64,000 nt of DNA, from positions 1,356 through 65,355 of the forward strand of contig JAGNWH010000004.1 in NCBI GenBank assembly GCA_017986055.1. The letters run 5' to 3'. The notes under the pieces were generated by a model that did not search any database, had not been told where the DNA came from, and saw nothing but the letters and a program-made list of their open reading frames with translations. The stretch comes from Limnohabitans sp. (GTDB lineage: Bacteria > Pseudomonadota > Gammaproteobacteria > Burkholderiales > Burkholderiaceae_C). Of this stretch, positions 28,529 through 38,132 are shown one piece after another (the stretch's first letter is position 1; every line of letters begins with the position of its first letter). The position numbers were made by a program, and so were the translations under genes.

Positions 28529-29569
28529 ATGAGCACGACACAGCGCCAAATCTTGCGCGGCGTGTCTCGCTCGTTTGACTTGACCATTCGCCTGTTGCCG
28601 GGCACTTTGCAAGCGCCAGTGGCCATTGCTTACCTGCTGGCCCGTGCCACCGACACCGTGGCTGACACCACCACCTTGCCTCTGGCAGAGCGTCAAGTCT
28701 TGCTGGATCTCATGACGAAAGTCATCACCGCGCCGGACGCATCAGCCGAACACCACAGTGAACTGGCCCGCCTGACTCAAGCCTTTGCCGCGCAACAAAC
28801 CGACCCGCACGAACGTGCCTTGATGCAGGCCCTGCCCCAATGCCTGCCACTGCTGCAAACGCTGGGCGAAGCCGATCAGGCCAGCGTTCGTCTGGTGCTG
28901 AGCCACATCACCCAAGGCCAGCAACAGGACATGGCCCGCTTTGGCCACGGCCCACAAACCATTCAAGCCCTCAACACAGAAACCGAGTTGGCGAACTACA
29001 CCTGGCTGGTGGCTGGCTGCGTGGGCGAATTCTGGACAGAACTGTGCGGCCGGCATCTGCCCGGTTACGCCCGCCTGCCTCAAGCCGAGATGATGCACAT
29101 CGGACGCCAATACGGCATGGGTTTGCAACGCCTGAACATCGTGCGCGACGTCGGTGCCGATCTGGCCGCCGGGCGTTGTTATTGGCCCGTTGAGACTTTG
29201 GCCAGCGTGGGCCTGACCCCGCACATGCTGGCCCACGCCGCCCAAACAGGCCACACCGAAACGCTGCAAAAAATGGCACCGCTGTACACCCAGTGGCTGG
29301 ACCGCACCCAAGCACAACTGGCCGATGGCATGCGCTACGCCCTGGCCCTGAAGCCCTTGCGCCTGCGCGTGGCCACGGCTTTGCCCGCACTCATCGGTGC
29401 ACGCACCGTGGCACTGCTGCGCCAAGCTGGGCCCTCGGCACTGACCCAGCGCGTGAAAATGCCGCGCCATGAAATGCGCCGTCTGATGTGGCACATCACC
29501 GTGGGCTGGGCTTCGCCCTCGGCGCTGGAGAGCCAATTCCGACAATTGTCCGGTGACACCCCGGCTTGA
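28529..29569 (+). CDS. Squalene/phytoene synthase family protein, single-enzyme SQS-like (SRSF flap)
   Basis: VSRSF flap, YLLARATDTVAD, YTWLVAGCVGEFW, GLQRLNIVRDVGAD..GRCYWP; lacks the HpnC HYENF start. Alternative starts 28481/28487. Confidence 0.85.
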   Translation: MSTTQRQILRGVSRSFDLTIRLLPGTLQAPVAIAYLLARATDTVADTTTLPLAERQVLLDLMTKVITAPDASAEHHSELARLTQAFAAQQTDPHERALMQALPQCLPLLQTLGEADQASVRLVLSHITQGQQQDMARFGHGPQTIQALNTETELANYTWLVAGCVGEFWTELCGRHLPGYARLPQAEMMHIGRQYGMGLQRLNIVRDVGADLAAGRCYWPVETLASVGLTPHMLAHAAQTGHTETLQKMAPLYTQWLDRTQAQLADGMRYALALKPLRLRVATALPALIGARTVALLRQAGPSALTQRVKMPRHEMRRLMWHITVGWASPSALESQFRQLSGDTPA

Positions 29570-29600
29570 GCGCTGCATTTGGGTGCGAAAATCAGCGCCC

Positions 29601-30440
29601 ATGAACCCGCAAGACTACGTCCAGCAAAAAGCCGCCGCATCAGGCAGCAGCTTCTATTACGCCTTCCTGTTTCTCCCACCAGAACGCCGCGCGGCCATCA
29701 CGGCCTTTTATGCGTTTTGCCGGGAAGTGGACGACGTGGTCGACGAAATCAGCGACCCCAGCGTGGCCGCCGCCAAGCTCGGCTGGTGGCAAAAGGAAGT
29801 GCAGCAAGCCTACGCAGGCCAGCCCACCCACCCGGTCATGCACGCCCTGATGCCGCTGGCCCCTGCTTTTGGCATCGAAAGCCGTCACCTGATGGCCGTG
29901 ATCGAAGGCTGTCAGATGGACTTGAACCAGACCCGCTACCTCGACTTTGCGGGCCTCACAAAATATTGCCACTTGGTCGCGGGTGTGGTGGGCGAAGTCG
30001 CCGCCAGCATCTTTGGTCAAACGGATGGGGCCACCACCGCCTATGCACACAAGCTGGGGCTGGCCTTTCAAATGACCAACATCATTCGCGACGTGGGCGA
30101 AGACGCGCTGCGCGGGCGCATCTACCTGCCGCTGGACGAACAGCAGCGCTTTGGCGTCAAAGCGCAAGATCTGATGCAACGTACTTACTCTGACGGCTTC
30201 ACCGCGCTGATGAAGTTCCAAACCGAACGCGCCCATGCCCTGTATGACGAAGCCCTGGCCTTGCTGCCCGCCGCAGACCGACGCGCACAAAAACCGGGCC
30301 TCATGATGGCCAGCATCTACCGTACCCTGCTGCGTGAGATCGAAGCCTCGGGATTCCAGGTGCTGCACCAGCGCATTGCGCTGACACCTCTGCGCAAGCT
30401 GTGGCTCGCTTGGAAGATGCAGGCGCTGGGACGTTTCTGA
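29601..30440 (+). CDS. hpnD: Presqualene diphosphate synthase
   Basis: SGSSFYYAFLFLP, YAFCREVDDVVDE, FQMTNIIRDVGEDA.RGRIYLP, QKPGLMMASIY, LTPLRKLWLAW. Confidence 0.92.
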   Translation: MNPQDYVQQKAAASGSSFYYAFLFLPPERRAAITAFYAFCREVDDVVDEISDPSVAAAKLGWWQKEVQQAYAGQPTHPVMHALMPLAPAFGIESRHLMAVIEGCQMDLNQTRYLDFAGLTKYCHLVAGVVGEVAASIFGQTDGATTAYAHKLGLAFQMTNIIRDVGEDALRGRIYLPLDEQQRFGVKAQDLMQRTYSDGFTALMKFQTERAHALYDEALALLPAADRRAQKPGLMMASIYRTLLREIEASGFQVLHQRIALTPLRKLWLAWKMQALGRF

Positions 30441-30465
30441 ACGCCCTGCGCACGATCACCTCGAT

Positions 30466-31116
30466 TTACTTCATGCCCCGCGCCTGCTTGTGTGCAGGGC
30501 GCTCTGCGCAAGCATGCAGCCAAGCCGACACCCTCGGGTGTTGCGCGAGCAGCCCCGCTGCCGGGCGAATCCAACTGGCCACACTGGCCACGCACACATC
30601 GGCCACAGTAAAGCGGTTGGCGGCCAGGTAAGCCTCACCTTTGGTGTGTTGCGCTTGAAGGTGCTCTTCCAGCACCGCCAGCGGTACTTTGATGCGGCTT
30701 TCGGCTTGATCGGCGAGCTCGGGTTTGCGTTGCGCTTCGGGCATGACCATGCGGTGCATCAGCACGGTGAGCGCGTCTTTTTCAAGTTCGGACACCGTCC
30801 AAAAGCCCCATCGCAGGGCTTCGGCTTCTTCACGGGCGTTGGCAGGCGCGATCGAGAGACCATCGGCTTGGCCATGAACGCGGGCGATGTAAAGGGCGCA
30901 GGCCATGCTCTCCCAAACGGTGACCGCGCCTTCGGGACGCTCGTCCACCACAGCGGGGATGTGGCCGTTGGGGTTGATCGCCAAAAATTCGGGCGTGCGG
31001 GTTGCGCCACCGGCATAAGGCGTGGCGATGTGCTCAAAAGGCACACCCAACTCCAACGCCGTCCAAAGGGGACGCACGGCGCGAGAGGCACCAATGCCGT
31101 AAATCTTCAATGTCAT
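30466..31116 (-). CDS. Glutathione S-transferase family protein
   Basis: SRA.R.LW..LELG, INPNGHIP, WESMAC, FTVADVCV; GGAGG RBS before MTLKIY. Confidence 0.92.
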   Translation of the reverse strand: MTLKIYGIGASRAVRPLWTALELGVPFEHIATPYAGGATRTPEFLAINPNGHIPAVVDERPEGAVTVWESMACALYIARVHGQADGLSIAPANAREEAEALRWGFWTVSELEKDALTVLMHRMVMPEAQRKPELADQAESRIKVPLAVLEEHLQAQHTKGEAYLAANRFTVADVCVASVASWIRPAAGLLAQHPRVSAWLHACAERPAHKQARGMK

Positions 31117-31183
31117 GTCAACCTCCAGATTGCTCACGCTGTGCAGCGGCCTTATTGGGGCTAAAGCTGCCGACCTAAAAATC

Positions 31184-31882
31184 TCATTCGGGCCAACAGG
31201 CGCACAGCGCGTGCAAGTCTCGCACCTCCAGGTGCGGGCGGGTGTCGCCGTGGCTCCAGTCGTGGCCTTCGCGGTTGAGCCAGGCCACTTGCATGCCTGC
31301 GGCCAGCGCACCCACACAGTCGGCGTGCGCGTCGTCACCGATGTGCAGCACCTCGTGCGGGGCAACGCCTGCGGCCTCAGCACCCGCCAAAAAAACGCGC
31401 AAGTCAGGTTTGGCGACGCCCATCGACTTGGCGCTCACACTGGCGTGAAAGTGCTGGCCAATGCCCACGCGGTGCACATCGGCATTGCCGTTGGACAGCG
31501 CCACCACCGGGTAGCGCTGGCTCCAAAAAGTCAAAGCGGGCAGCGCGTCGTCAAACAGGTCGACCCGCTGGCGCTCGGCAAAAAAGACCTCGAATGCGGG
31601 CTCAGCCAAATGGGTCGGGTCACCGGCTTGCAGCAGCAACGCACGAATGGCTTCCAGCCGCAAAAAAGACAGGTCGTGCGCCCGGTCGGCATGGCGGGCA
31701 TTGATCTCGGCCCGCACGGCTTTTTTGACCTCAGACTGTTTGGACAGTGCCGCCGTGGCAGGCGCATGCTGCATCAGCCAGTCGGTCAATACCACCTCGG
31801 CGCGGTGGATGGTCGGCCAGACGGGCCACAAGGTGTCGTCCAGATCAAGGGTAATGGCGCGGATGCGGGAGATGTCAAGCAT
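31184..31882 (-). CDS. HAD-superfamily hydrolase (YigB-like)
   Basis: LDLDDTLW motif I, SNGN, AKPD, HIGDD...D motif IV; start trimmed to MLDISR. Confidence 0.9.
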   Translation of the reverse strand: MLDISRIRAITLDLDDTLWPVWPTIHRAEVVLTDWLMQHAPATAALSKQSEVKKAVRAEINARHADRAHDLSFLRLEAIRALLLQAGDPTHLAEPAFEVFFAERQRVDLFDDALPALTFWSQRYPVVALSNGNADVHRVGIGQHFHASVSAKSMGVAKPDLRVFLAGAEAAGVAPHEVLHIGDDAHADCVGALAAGMQVAWLNREGHDWSHGDTRPHLEVRDLHALCACWPE

Positions 31883-31900
31883 GGTGAGGGAGAATACCGC

Positions 31901-33001
31901 ATGGCATTCAACAAAGAACCCTCCTTCCAGCATGGGCAGCCCGGCGCCCATTCGCCCCGCACCGCCGTGATCTATTGCAACCTGGGCACACCCAGTGCGC
32001 CCACGGCCCCGGCCCTGCGGACCTACCTCGCCGAATTTCTGGGGGACAGCCGCGTGGTTGAGATCCCCAAGCCCATCTGGTGGCTGATCCTGCACGGCAT
32101 CATCTTGCGCGTGCGCCCTAAAAAATCGGCCGCCAAATACGCCAGCATCTGGACCGAGGGGGGCTCGCCGCTCAAAGTATTCACCGAACAACAAGCCCAA
32201 TCGCTGGGCACCGCCTTGCAAGAGCGCGGCCACAGCGTGACAGTGCGTTACGCCATGCGCTACGGTCAGCCGTCCATCCCCGAGCAACTGAATGAACTCA
32301 AGGCCCAAGGCGTGCAGCGCGTGTTGATCGTTCCAGCCTACCCACAATACAGCGGTACCACCACGGCCAGCGTGTTCGATGCCGTCTACCGCTGGGGCCT
32401 CAAAACCCGGCTGATCCCCGAGATGCGCTTTGTCAACCACTATCACGACGACCCGCGCTACATCAACGCGCTGGCCCAAACGGTGCGCGAACATTGGGCT
32501 GCCCACGGCCAAGCCGAAAAGTTGGTGATGAGCTTTCATGGCGTGCCCGAGCGGACACTGCACCTGGGCGACCCCTACCACTGCGAATGCATGAAGACCG
32601 GCCGCCTGCTGGCCGAAGCACTGGGCCTGAGCAAAGACCAATACAAACTGACCTTCCAATCCCGCTTTGGCAAGGCCAAATGGCTGGAGCCTTACACCGA
32701 GCCGTCACTGATTGCCATGGCCGAGCAAGGTGTCAAAAAGGTTGATGTGATCTGCCCAGGGTTTACGGGCGACTGCCTGGAAACGCTGGAAGAAATTCAG
32801 CAAGAAGCGCAAGAAGCGTTCTTGCATGCGGGCGGCGAAAGCTTCAGCTACATCCCCTGCCTGAACAACAACGCGCAATGGATCGAGGCGCTTGCCGACA
32901 TCAGCTTGGACCACATGCAGGGCTGGGATTTGTCAGCACCCGATGAAGCGGCACTGGCTGCTAGCCGTGCGCGGGCGTTGGCCCACGGCGCCAAAGCTTG
33001 A
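31901..33001 (+). CDS. hemH: Ferrochelatase
   Basis: NLGTP, YPQYS.TT, MSFHGVP, FQSRFG..KWLEPYT, DCLETLEEI; start trimmed to MAFNKE. Confidence 0.96.
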   Translation: MAFNKEPSFQHGQPGAHSPRTAVIYCNLGTPSAPTAPALRTYLAEFLGDSRVVEIPKPIWWLILHGIILRVRPKKSAAKYASIWTEGGSPLKVFTEQQAQSLGTALQERGHSVTVRYAMRYGQPSIPEQLNELKAQGVQRVLIVPAYPQYSGTTTASVFDAVYRWGLKTRLIPEMRFVNHYHDDPRYINALAQTVREHWAAHGQAEKLVMSFHGVPERTLHLGDPYHCECMKTGRLLAEALGLSKDQYKLTFQSRFGKAKWLEPYTEPSLIAMAEQGVKKVDVICPGFTGDCLETLEEIQQEAQEAFLHAGGESFSYIPCLNNNAQWIEALADISLDHMQGWDLSAPDEAALAASRARALAHGAKA

Positions 33002-33013
33002 GCTCAACTTTTT

Positions 33014-33048
33014 CGCAGGAGCGATCTTTGCAAGAGATCGCTCTTGCG
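33014..33048. repeat. Intergenic hairpin (terminator or degenerate REP)
   Basis: CGCAGGAGCGATCT-TTGCAAG-AGATCGCTCTTGCG between convergent hemH and HAD genes. Confidence 0.5.
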
Positions 33049-33055
33049 GGATAAG

Positions 33056-33685
33056 TCAACCCGCTAAATACCCCTGCCCCACCAACGCCGCCCTCACTTG
33101 CGCAGGCGTTTCAAAACGGATACCTTGCCAGCCGTGCTGTTCAGCGGCGTCGATGTTGTGCTGCACATCGTCGATGAACACAGGCTTACCGCGCAGAGGC
33201 CAGCGGGCCTGGGCGGTGGCAAAAATATCGGGCAGTGGTTTGATCTGCTGCACATGCGCTGAAAAAATACCTTCTTCAAACTGGCTGAAAAAGCTGTTTT
33301 CACGCACCAGATGATCGGCATAGCTTGCGGGCATGTTGGACAAAAAGTACAGCCGATGGCCTTGCGCTTTGAGGTCGTGGATCAGGTCCACGGTGCCTTG
33401 CATGGGCAACAGGTGTGCTGGGATGTTGGCAATCAGGTGCCGCAAATCGGCCTCGGCGAGACCGGTGCGGGCTGCGATGCGCTGGGCCAACGGCTCTGGA
33501 TCGATGCGCCCGAGGTCAAACAAGGCCCAATCGGCATCGGGATGAAAAGTCTGAAAAATCTCACCCGACCACTGCTTTGCCACCGCCTCGTCGGTCACTT
33601 GCTTCGGAAAAAGCGTTTGCAACACCACCAGCGGCTCCCAGCGGAAGACCACACCGCCCAGATCAAACACCACGTCTTGGCTCAT
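33056..33685 (-). CDS. HAD family phosphatase (YihX-like)
   Basis: FDLGGVV, LSN, KP, FIDD...N motifs; 14 nt after the ABC ATPase stop. Confidence 0.88.
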   Translation of the reverse strand: MSQDVVFDLGGVVFRWEPLVVLQTLFPKQVTDEAVAKQWSGEIFQTFHPDADWALFDLGRIDPEPLAQRIAARTGLAEADLRHLIANIPAHLLPMQGTVDLIHDLKAQGHRLYFLSNMPASYADHLVRENSFFSQFEEGIFSAHVQQIKPLPDIFATAQARWPLRGKPVFIDDVQHNIDAAEQHGWQGIRFETPAQVRAALVGQGYLAG

Positions 33686-33699
33686 GACTGCACTTTCTT

Positions 33700-34755
33700 T
33701 CAAACCGCCACCACCGAGACGCCTTGCCCCGGCAAACTCAGGGCCAACACCTGGCCGATGCGCCAGTCGCGCTCGACCTCAGGCGAGACCACAAAAACCG
33801 GACCCAGCTCGGTCTCGAATGTCAGCTCGAAAAAGCTGCCCAGATAGGCACATTGCTTGAGTTGCGCAGGCAACATTTGCGCGGGCTGTTCGCCGCCGGC
33901 CAGTTCGCGCCCCACCAGCCAGGCTTCAGGGCGCACCGCTGCCCGAACCGCACCAGGTGCCACCGGATGGCGAGGCAACAAACGCAGTGGCCCCAACTGC
34001 ACCGAACCATCGGCTAGGGACTGGCCGTCAAACAACACCGCCTCGCCCATGAAGCCCGCCACAAAAGCGGATGCAGGCCGTTCGTACAAGTCTTGCGGCG
34101 TGCCCGCCTGCGCGATGCGCCCGGCCTCCATCACGATGATCTGGTCACTCACCGCCAACGCTTCGCTTTGGTCGTGCGTGACATAAGCCACCGTCAGGCC
34201 CAGGCGCTGCTGCAGGTGGCGAATTTCGTCGCGCATAGACCGGCGCAGCCGAGCGTCGAGATTGGACAAAGGCTCGTCAAACAACAAGACGGATGGCTCC
34301 AACACCAGGGCCCGAGCCAGGGCCACGCGCTGCTGCTGCCCGCCCGACAGCTCGCTGGGCAGGCGCTCTTCGTAGCCCGCCAGGCCCACCAGCGCCAAGC
34401 TTTTGTGGGCGCGCTCCAAAGCCTCTGTTTTGTGCACACCGCTCACATCCAGCCCGTAGCGCACATTGCCAATCACGTTCATGTGCGGGAACAGCGCATA
34501 GCTCTGAAACACCATGCTCACGTTGCGCTCGGACGGCCCCAAGTGCGTTACATCCACACCGTCAATCGAAATTTGTCCGCCCGTGGGCGCTTCCAGCCCG
34601 GCGATCATGCGCAAGGTGGTGGTTTTGCCGCAGCCCGAGGGGCCAAGAATGGTCGTCAGGCTGCCCTTGGGTACGACAAAGTCGATGCCCTGCACCACCA
34701 GCGGCGAATCTGCACCGCCATAGCGCTTGGTGACTTGTTTGAATTGAATGCCCAT
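33700..34755 (-). CDS. ABC transporter ATP-binding subunit (AfuC/FbpC-like)
   Basis: GPSGCGKTT, FQSYALFPH, LSGGQQQR, DEPLSNLD, TOBE-like tail; start trimmed to MGIQFK. Confidence 0.92.
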   Translation of the reverse strand: MGIQFKQVTKRYGGADSPLVVQGIDFVVPKGSLTTILGPSGCGKTTTLRMIAGLEAPTGGQISIDGVDVTHLGPSERNVSMVFQSYALFPHMNVIGNVRYGLDVSGVHKTEALERAHKSLALVGLAGYEERLPSELSGGQQQRVALARALVLEPSVLLFDEPLSNLDARLRRSMRDEIRHLQQRLGLTVAYVTHDQSEALAVSDQIIVMEAGRIAQAGTPQDLYERPASAFVAGFMGEAVLFDGQSLADGSVQLGPLRLLPRHPVAPGAVRAAVRPEAWLVGRELAGGEQPAQMLPAQLKQCAYLGSFFELTFETELGPVFVVSPEVERDWRIGQVLALSLPGQGVSVVAV

Positions 34756-34772
34756 CGCTTTAAGTCCTTGTT

Positions 34773-36974
34773 TCAAGCCGGGGTGGATGCAGCGGTTCGG
34801 CGACCCAATTGCCGCTGGCCCACCAACTTTTGAATGCCCCAGGTGATGACAGACATGAGCAGCATCAGCACGGTGCAATAGGCCAGCGCCACGCCGTAGT
34901 CGCCATTGCCCACGCGGCCAATGATGTAAGTGGTGGCCAGCTCGTACTGCGCCGTGACCAAAAAGATCACCGCCGATACCGTGGTCATGGAGCGCACAAA
35001 GCTGTAGACCAAGGCGGCCACCAGCGCAGGCTTGAGCAGCGGCAGTACCACTCGGCGCAGCGTGGTGAGCGTGCTGGCCCGCAGCATTTGCGAGGCTTCG
35101 TCCAGTGAGCGGTCGAGCTGCTTGAAGGCCGCCGTACCCGCCCGCACGCCCACCGGCAAGTTGCGGAACACAAAGCACAGCACGATGACCAAGCCGGTGC
35201 CAGTCAGCTCCACCGGCGGCACATTAAAGGCCAGGATGTAGCTCACACCCAGCACCGTGCCCGGAATGGCAAAGGTCAGCAACGCAGAGAACTCAAACGC
35301 CGCCTTGCCCCGGAACTCGGTGCGTGCCAGCAACCAGGCCATGAGCAAGCCCAGGCCCGCACAAATGGGCGCGGCCATGGCAGAAAGGCTGAGTGTGGTG
35401 AACAGCGACTTCCAGGCGGTGCCTGCAAACACCCAGCCAAACTCGCCCAACTGCACATCAAACGCAGTTTTAAAGTGCCCCAGCGTGAACGTGAAGTCGC
35501 GCCCCCAGGTCTGCACAAAGCCACCCGCAAAGGCAAACAGGTACACCACCACAGTGAACAACAACCATGGCCCTGCGATGCTGCGGCACACCCGTAACAC
35601 GGCGGGCGGCAAAGCCATGGCCACGCCTGCGTCGCCCTTGCCCGAGACAGTGGTGAAGCTGCTGCCAGCCAACACCTGGCGCTGAACAAAAAACACCGCC
35701 AGCGCAAAACCAGTCAACACCAACGCCAACGCCGCCGCCATGCCGGGGTCAAGCGCCGCGCCCACGATGGCAAAAAAGATTTCGGTGGACAGTACCGCAT
35801 ACTGCCCGCCCACGATGATGGGGTTGCCAAAGTCGGCCATGCTCTCGATGAAGCCCACCAAAAATGCGTTGGCCAGACCGGGCTTGAGCAGGGGCAACGT
35901 CACCGTCCAGAAGGTTTGCATGCGGCTGGCACGCAGAGTTTGCGCGGCCTCTTCCATGCTGGGGCTCACGCCCTGCACCACGCCGCGCATGATCATGAAG
36001 GCAATCGGCGTGAAGGCGAACATCTGCGCCAGCCAGATACCGAACACGCCGTAAAACCAGCGGCCCGGCTCAACGCCAAAAGCCCACTCAAGCGCCTGAT
36101 TAAAAAGGCCCGCACGGCCAAACAGCAAGATCAAACCCAGCCCCACCACGAACGGCGGTGTGATGATGGGCAGCATCGCCAAAATGTTCAGCGGCTTAGC
36201 CAGACGCGTGTTGCCACGTTCGGCCCACAACGCCAACAGGGTGCCCATGACCGTGGTGCCAGTGGCGGTGATGAACGCCAGCCACAAGGTGTTCCAGGCC
36301 ACACCGCAGCGCCCTGCCCCTTGCACACAGCCAAAACCCCAAACCCGTTCAGTGGCTACCCGTTCAAGCAGGTGCATCCAGGCATAAGCGCCGGTGTCGT
36401 CCACCCAGGCAGCCACCAGCGAGCGCAGCACCGGGTACACCACAAACAGCGCGAGCAAGGCGCTGCACAGCACCACAGCAGAGGCCACAAACACATCACC
36501 CCGAAACGCGCCCAACCGGGCCAGCGCCGCGCCCAACAACACCACAAGGCTAAACAAAACCAGGGCCGCGCCCCAGCCCATGCCGTATTGGCCTGTGGGC
36601 AAGACGCCCCACAGGGTGGTGAGCGATTCAAATACCCAGCCTGTAGCCCCAATGGCAAACCCGCTGCCCAGCAAGCCCAGCAAACCGATCAGGCTGCCCA
36701 GCAACAACAGCCAGCCTTGAGTGCGGGCAGTCCAAGGCACCAGCACTGCCAGCCCGCACACCAGCAAGCCCGCCAATCCCGACCACAGCCAAGGCCGTCC
36801 ATGCCCGCTCGCCTGCACCCAGCCACTGGCCGTTTCGGCGCCTGCCCAGATGCCAGGCAAAGCGTCCATCAGGGACATTTGTTGCAGAAAATACCAAGGC
36901 AGCAGCGCAAAGCTCAGCAGGCCCAAAAGCACCCAGCCTTGCAAAGCGCGCTGCAAACGCAGCGCTGGATTCAT
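34773..36974 (-). CDS. ABC transporter permease, duplicated (AfuB/FbpB-like)
   Basis: 733 aa, two EAA loops (MEEAAQTLRA, LDEASQMLRA), ITPPFVVGL, ADFGNP. Confidence 0.9.
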   Translation of the reverse strand: MNPALRLQRALQGWVLLGLLSFALLPWYFLQQMSLMDALPGIWAGAETASGWVQASGHGRPWLWSGLAGLLVCGLAVLVPWTARTQGWLLLLGSLIGLLGLLGSGFAIGATGWVFESLTTLWGVLPTGQYGMGWGAALVLFSLVVLLGAALARLGAFRGDVFVASAVVLCSALLALFVVYPVLRSLVAAWVDDTGAYAWMHLLERVATERVWGFGCVQGAGRCGVAWNTLWLAFITATGTTVMGTLLALWAERGNTRLAKPLNILAMLPIITPPFVVGLGLILLFGRAGLFNQALEWAFGVEPGRWFYGVFGIWLAQMFAFTPIAFMIMRGVVQGVSPSMEEAAQTLRASRMQTFWTVTLPLLKPGLANAFLVGFIESMADFGNPIIVGGQYAVLSTEIFFAIVGAALDPGMAAALALVLTGFALAVFFVQRQVLAGSSFTTVSGKGDAGVAMALPPAVLRVCRSIAGPWLLFTVVVYLFAFAGGFVQTWGRDFTFTLGHFKTAFDVQLGEFGWVFAGTAWKSLFTTLSLSAMAAPICAGLGLLMAWLLARTEFRGKAAFEFSALLTFAIPGTVLGVSYILAFNVPPVELTGTGLVIVLCFVFRNLPVGVRAGTAAFKQLDRSLDEASQMLRASTLTTLRRVVLPLLKPALVAALVYSFVRSMTTVSAVIFLVTAQYELATTYIIGRVGNGDYGVALAYCTVLMLLMSVITWGIQKLVGQRQLGRRTAASTPA

Positions 36975-36987
36975 CTCAGTTTCTCAC

Positions 36988-38010
36988 TCAACGCGGCAGA
37001 CTGTTGACGTCTTTTTCCCAACGCTGAATCAAGCGCTTGCGCTCTGCCGTCTGGCCATATTTGGCGTAGTCGTAGTCGATCATTTTGATTTTGCGGAAGT
37101 CCGGCACACGCGGATCGACCTTGGCCGCCTTGTTGGACGGCAACTGAAATTGCAAGGTCGCTGCGGCCAACTCTTGCGCTGCCGGCGTCAAGGCCCACTC
37201 GTAAAACTTCTTGGCGGCTTCCAGATTGCGGCTACCGCGCACGATGGACATGGAGCCGATCTCGGCCCCCGTACCATCGGCCGGAGTGATGGTTTCAATG
37301 GGAAAACCTTGGGCTTTTTCGCCAGGGCCGTCATGCACAAAGCTGATCGACACGGCCGTCTCGCCCCGAGCCACGGCCTTGATGGGGCCAGTGCCCGAGC
37401 GGGTGTAGGTGCCGATGTTCTTGTGCAGGCTCTTGAGGTATTCAAAGGCTTTGTCTTCGCCCATGAGTTGAACCAGCGTAGCGATCATGGTGTAAGCCGT
37501 GCCGCTTGAGGCCGGGTTGGCCGATTGAATTTCGCCTTTGTATTCGGGTTTAAGCAGATCGCCCCAAGTCTTGGGCACTGGCATTTTTTTCTTAGCCAGC
37601 AATTCGGTGTTGTAGCCAAAACCTAAGGGGCCGGAATAAATGCCCACAGTTTTGTAGCCCGATTGCGCAGCCTGCTTTTGAGCCCAGTCGTGCAATTTGG
37701 ACAATGCGGGCGATTTGTATTCGAGGCTCAGGTTTTGCTCGGCGGCCTGCAAGTGCGGATCACCCGTGCCACCAAACCAGATGTCGGTCTTGGGGTTGGC
37801 CTTTTCAGCGGTCAGTTGGGCAATGGCCTCGCCGGAGCCCTTGGCCGTCATGTTGACTTTGATGCCCTGGCTCTTTTCAAAAGTGACGGCGATCATGCTG
37901 CACCAAGCCGCTTGGGCCGAGCAGATGATGTTGACTTCACGGTTTTGTGCTTGCACTTGGGCACTGGGCACCAAAACGGCCAACAGAGGGAGTAATTTAA
38001 ACAGGCTCAT
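36988..38010 (-). CDS. ABC substrate-binding protein, AfuA-like (sugar phosphate / Fe3+ family)
   Basis: Signal peptide; ICSA, GGTGDPHLQA, NPASSGTAY, SFVHD, EIGSMS; start trimmed to MSLFKL. Confidence 0.85.
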   Translation of the reverse strand: MSLFKLLPLLAVLVPSAQVQAQNREVNIICSAQAAWCSMIAVTFEKSQGIKVNMTAKGSGEAIAQLTAEKANPKTDIWFGGTGDPHLQAAEQNLSLEYKSPALSKLHDWAQKQAAQSGYKTVGIYSGPLGFGYNTELLAKKKMPVPKTWGDLLKPEYKGEIQSANPASSGTAYTMIATLVQLMGEDKAFEYLKSLHKNIGTYTRSGTGPIKAVARGETAVSISFVHDGPGEKAQGFPIETITPADGTGAEIGSMSIVRGSRNLEAAKKFYEWALTPAAQELAAATLQFQLPSNKAAKVDPRVPDFRKIKMIDYDYAKYGQTAERKRLIQRWEKDVNSLPR

Positions 38011-38132
38011 ATAAGTTTCCTTCGCGAAAAAATCATTGTCCAATGAAACCTTTGGATTGCGAGAGAGTAGAAACACTCAGAAGTCCATGCAGGCGTTGCT
38101 AAATGCCTGACACTGCCGACGCGCCAAGCGGT

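Noticed and set aside
31115-33001. 628-aa ORF suggesting a ferrochelatase fusion
   Set aside because: The extra N-terminal part is the antisense shadow of the HAD gene; hemH similarity and an SD start at 31901.
33700-35178. N-terminally extended ORFs (ABC ATPase; also GST to 31383, HAD to 32659, acs, clpP, RND, ratB, yejA)
   Set aside because: Extensions overlap neighbouring real genes or lack homology-like content; starts were trimmed to family-typical positions.
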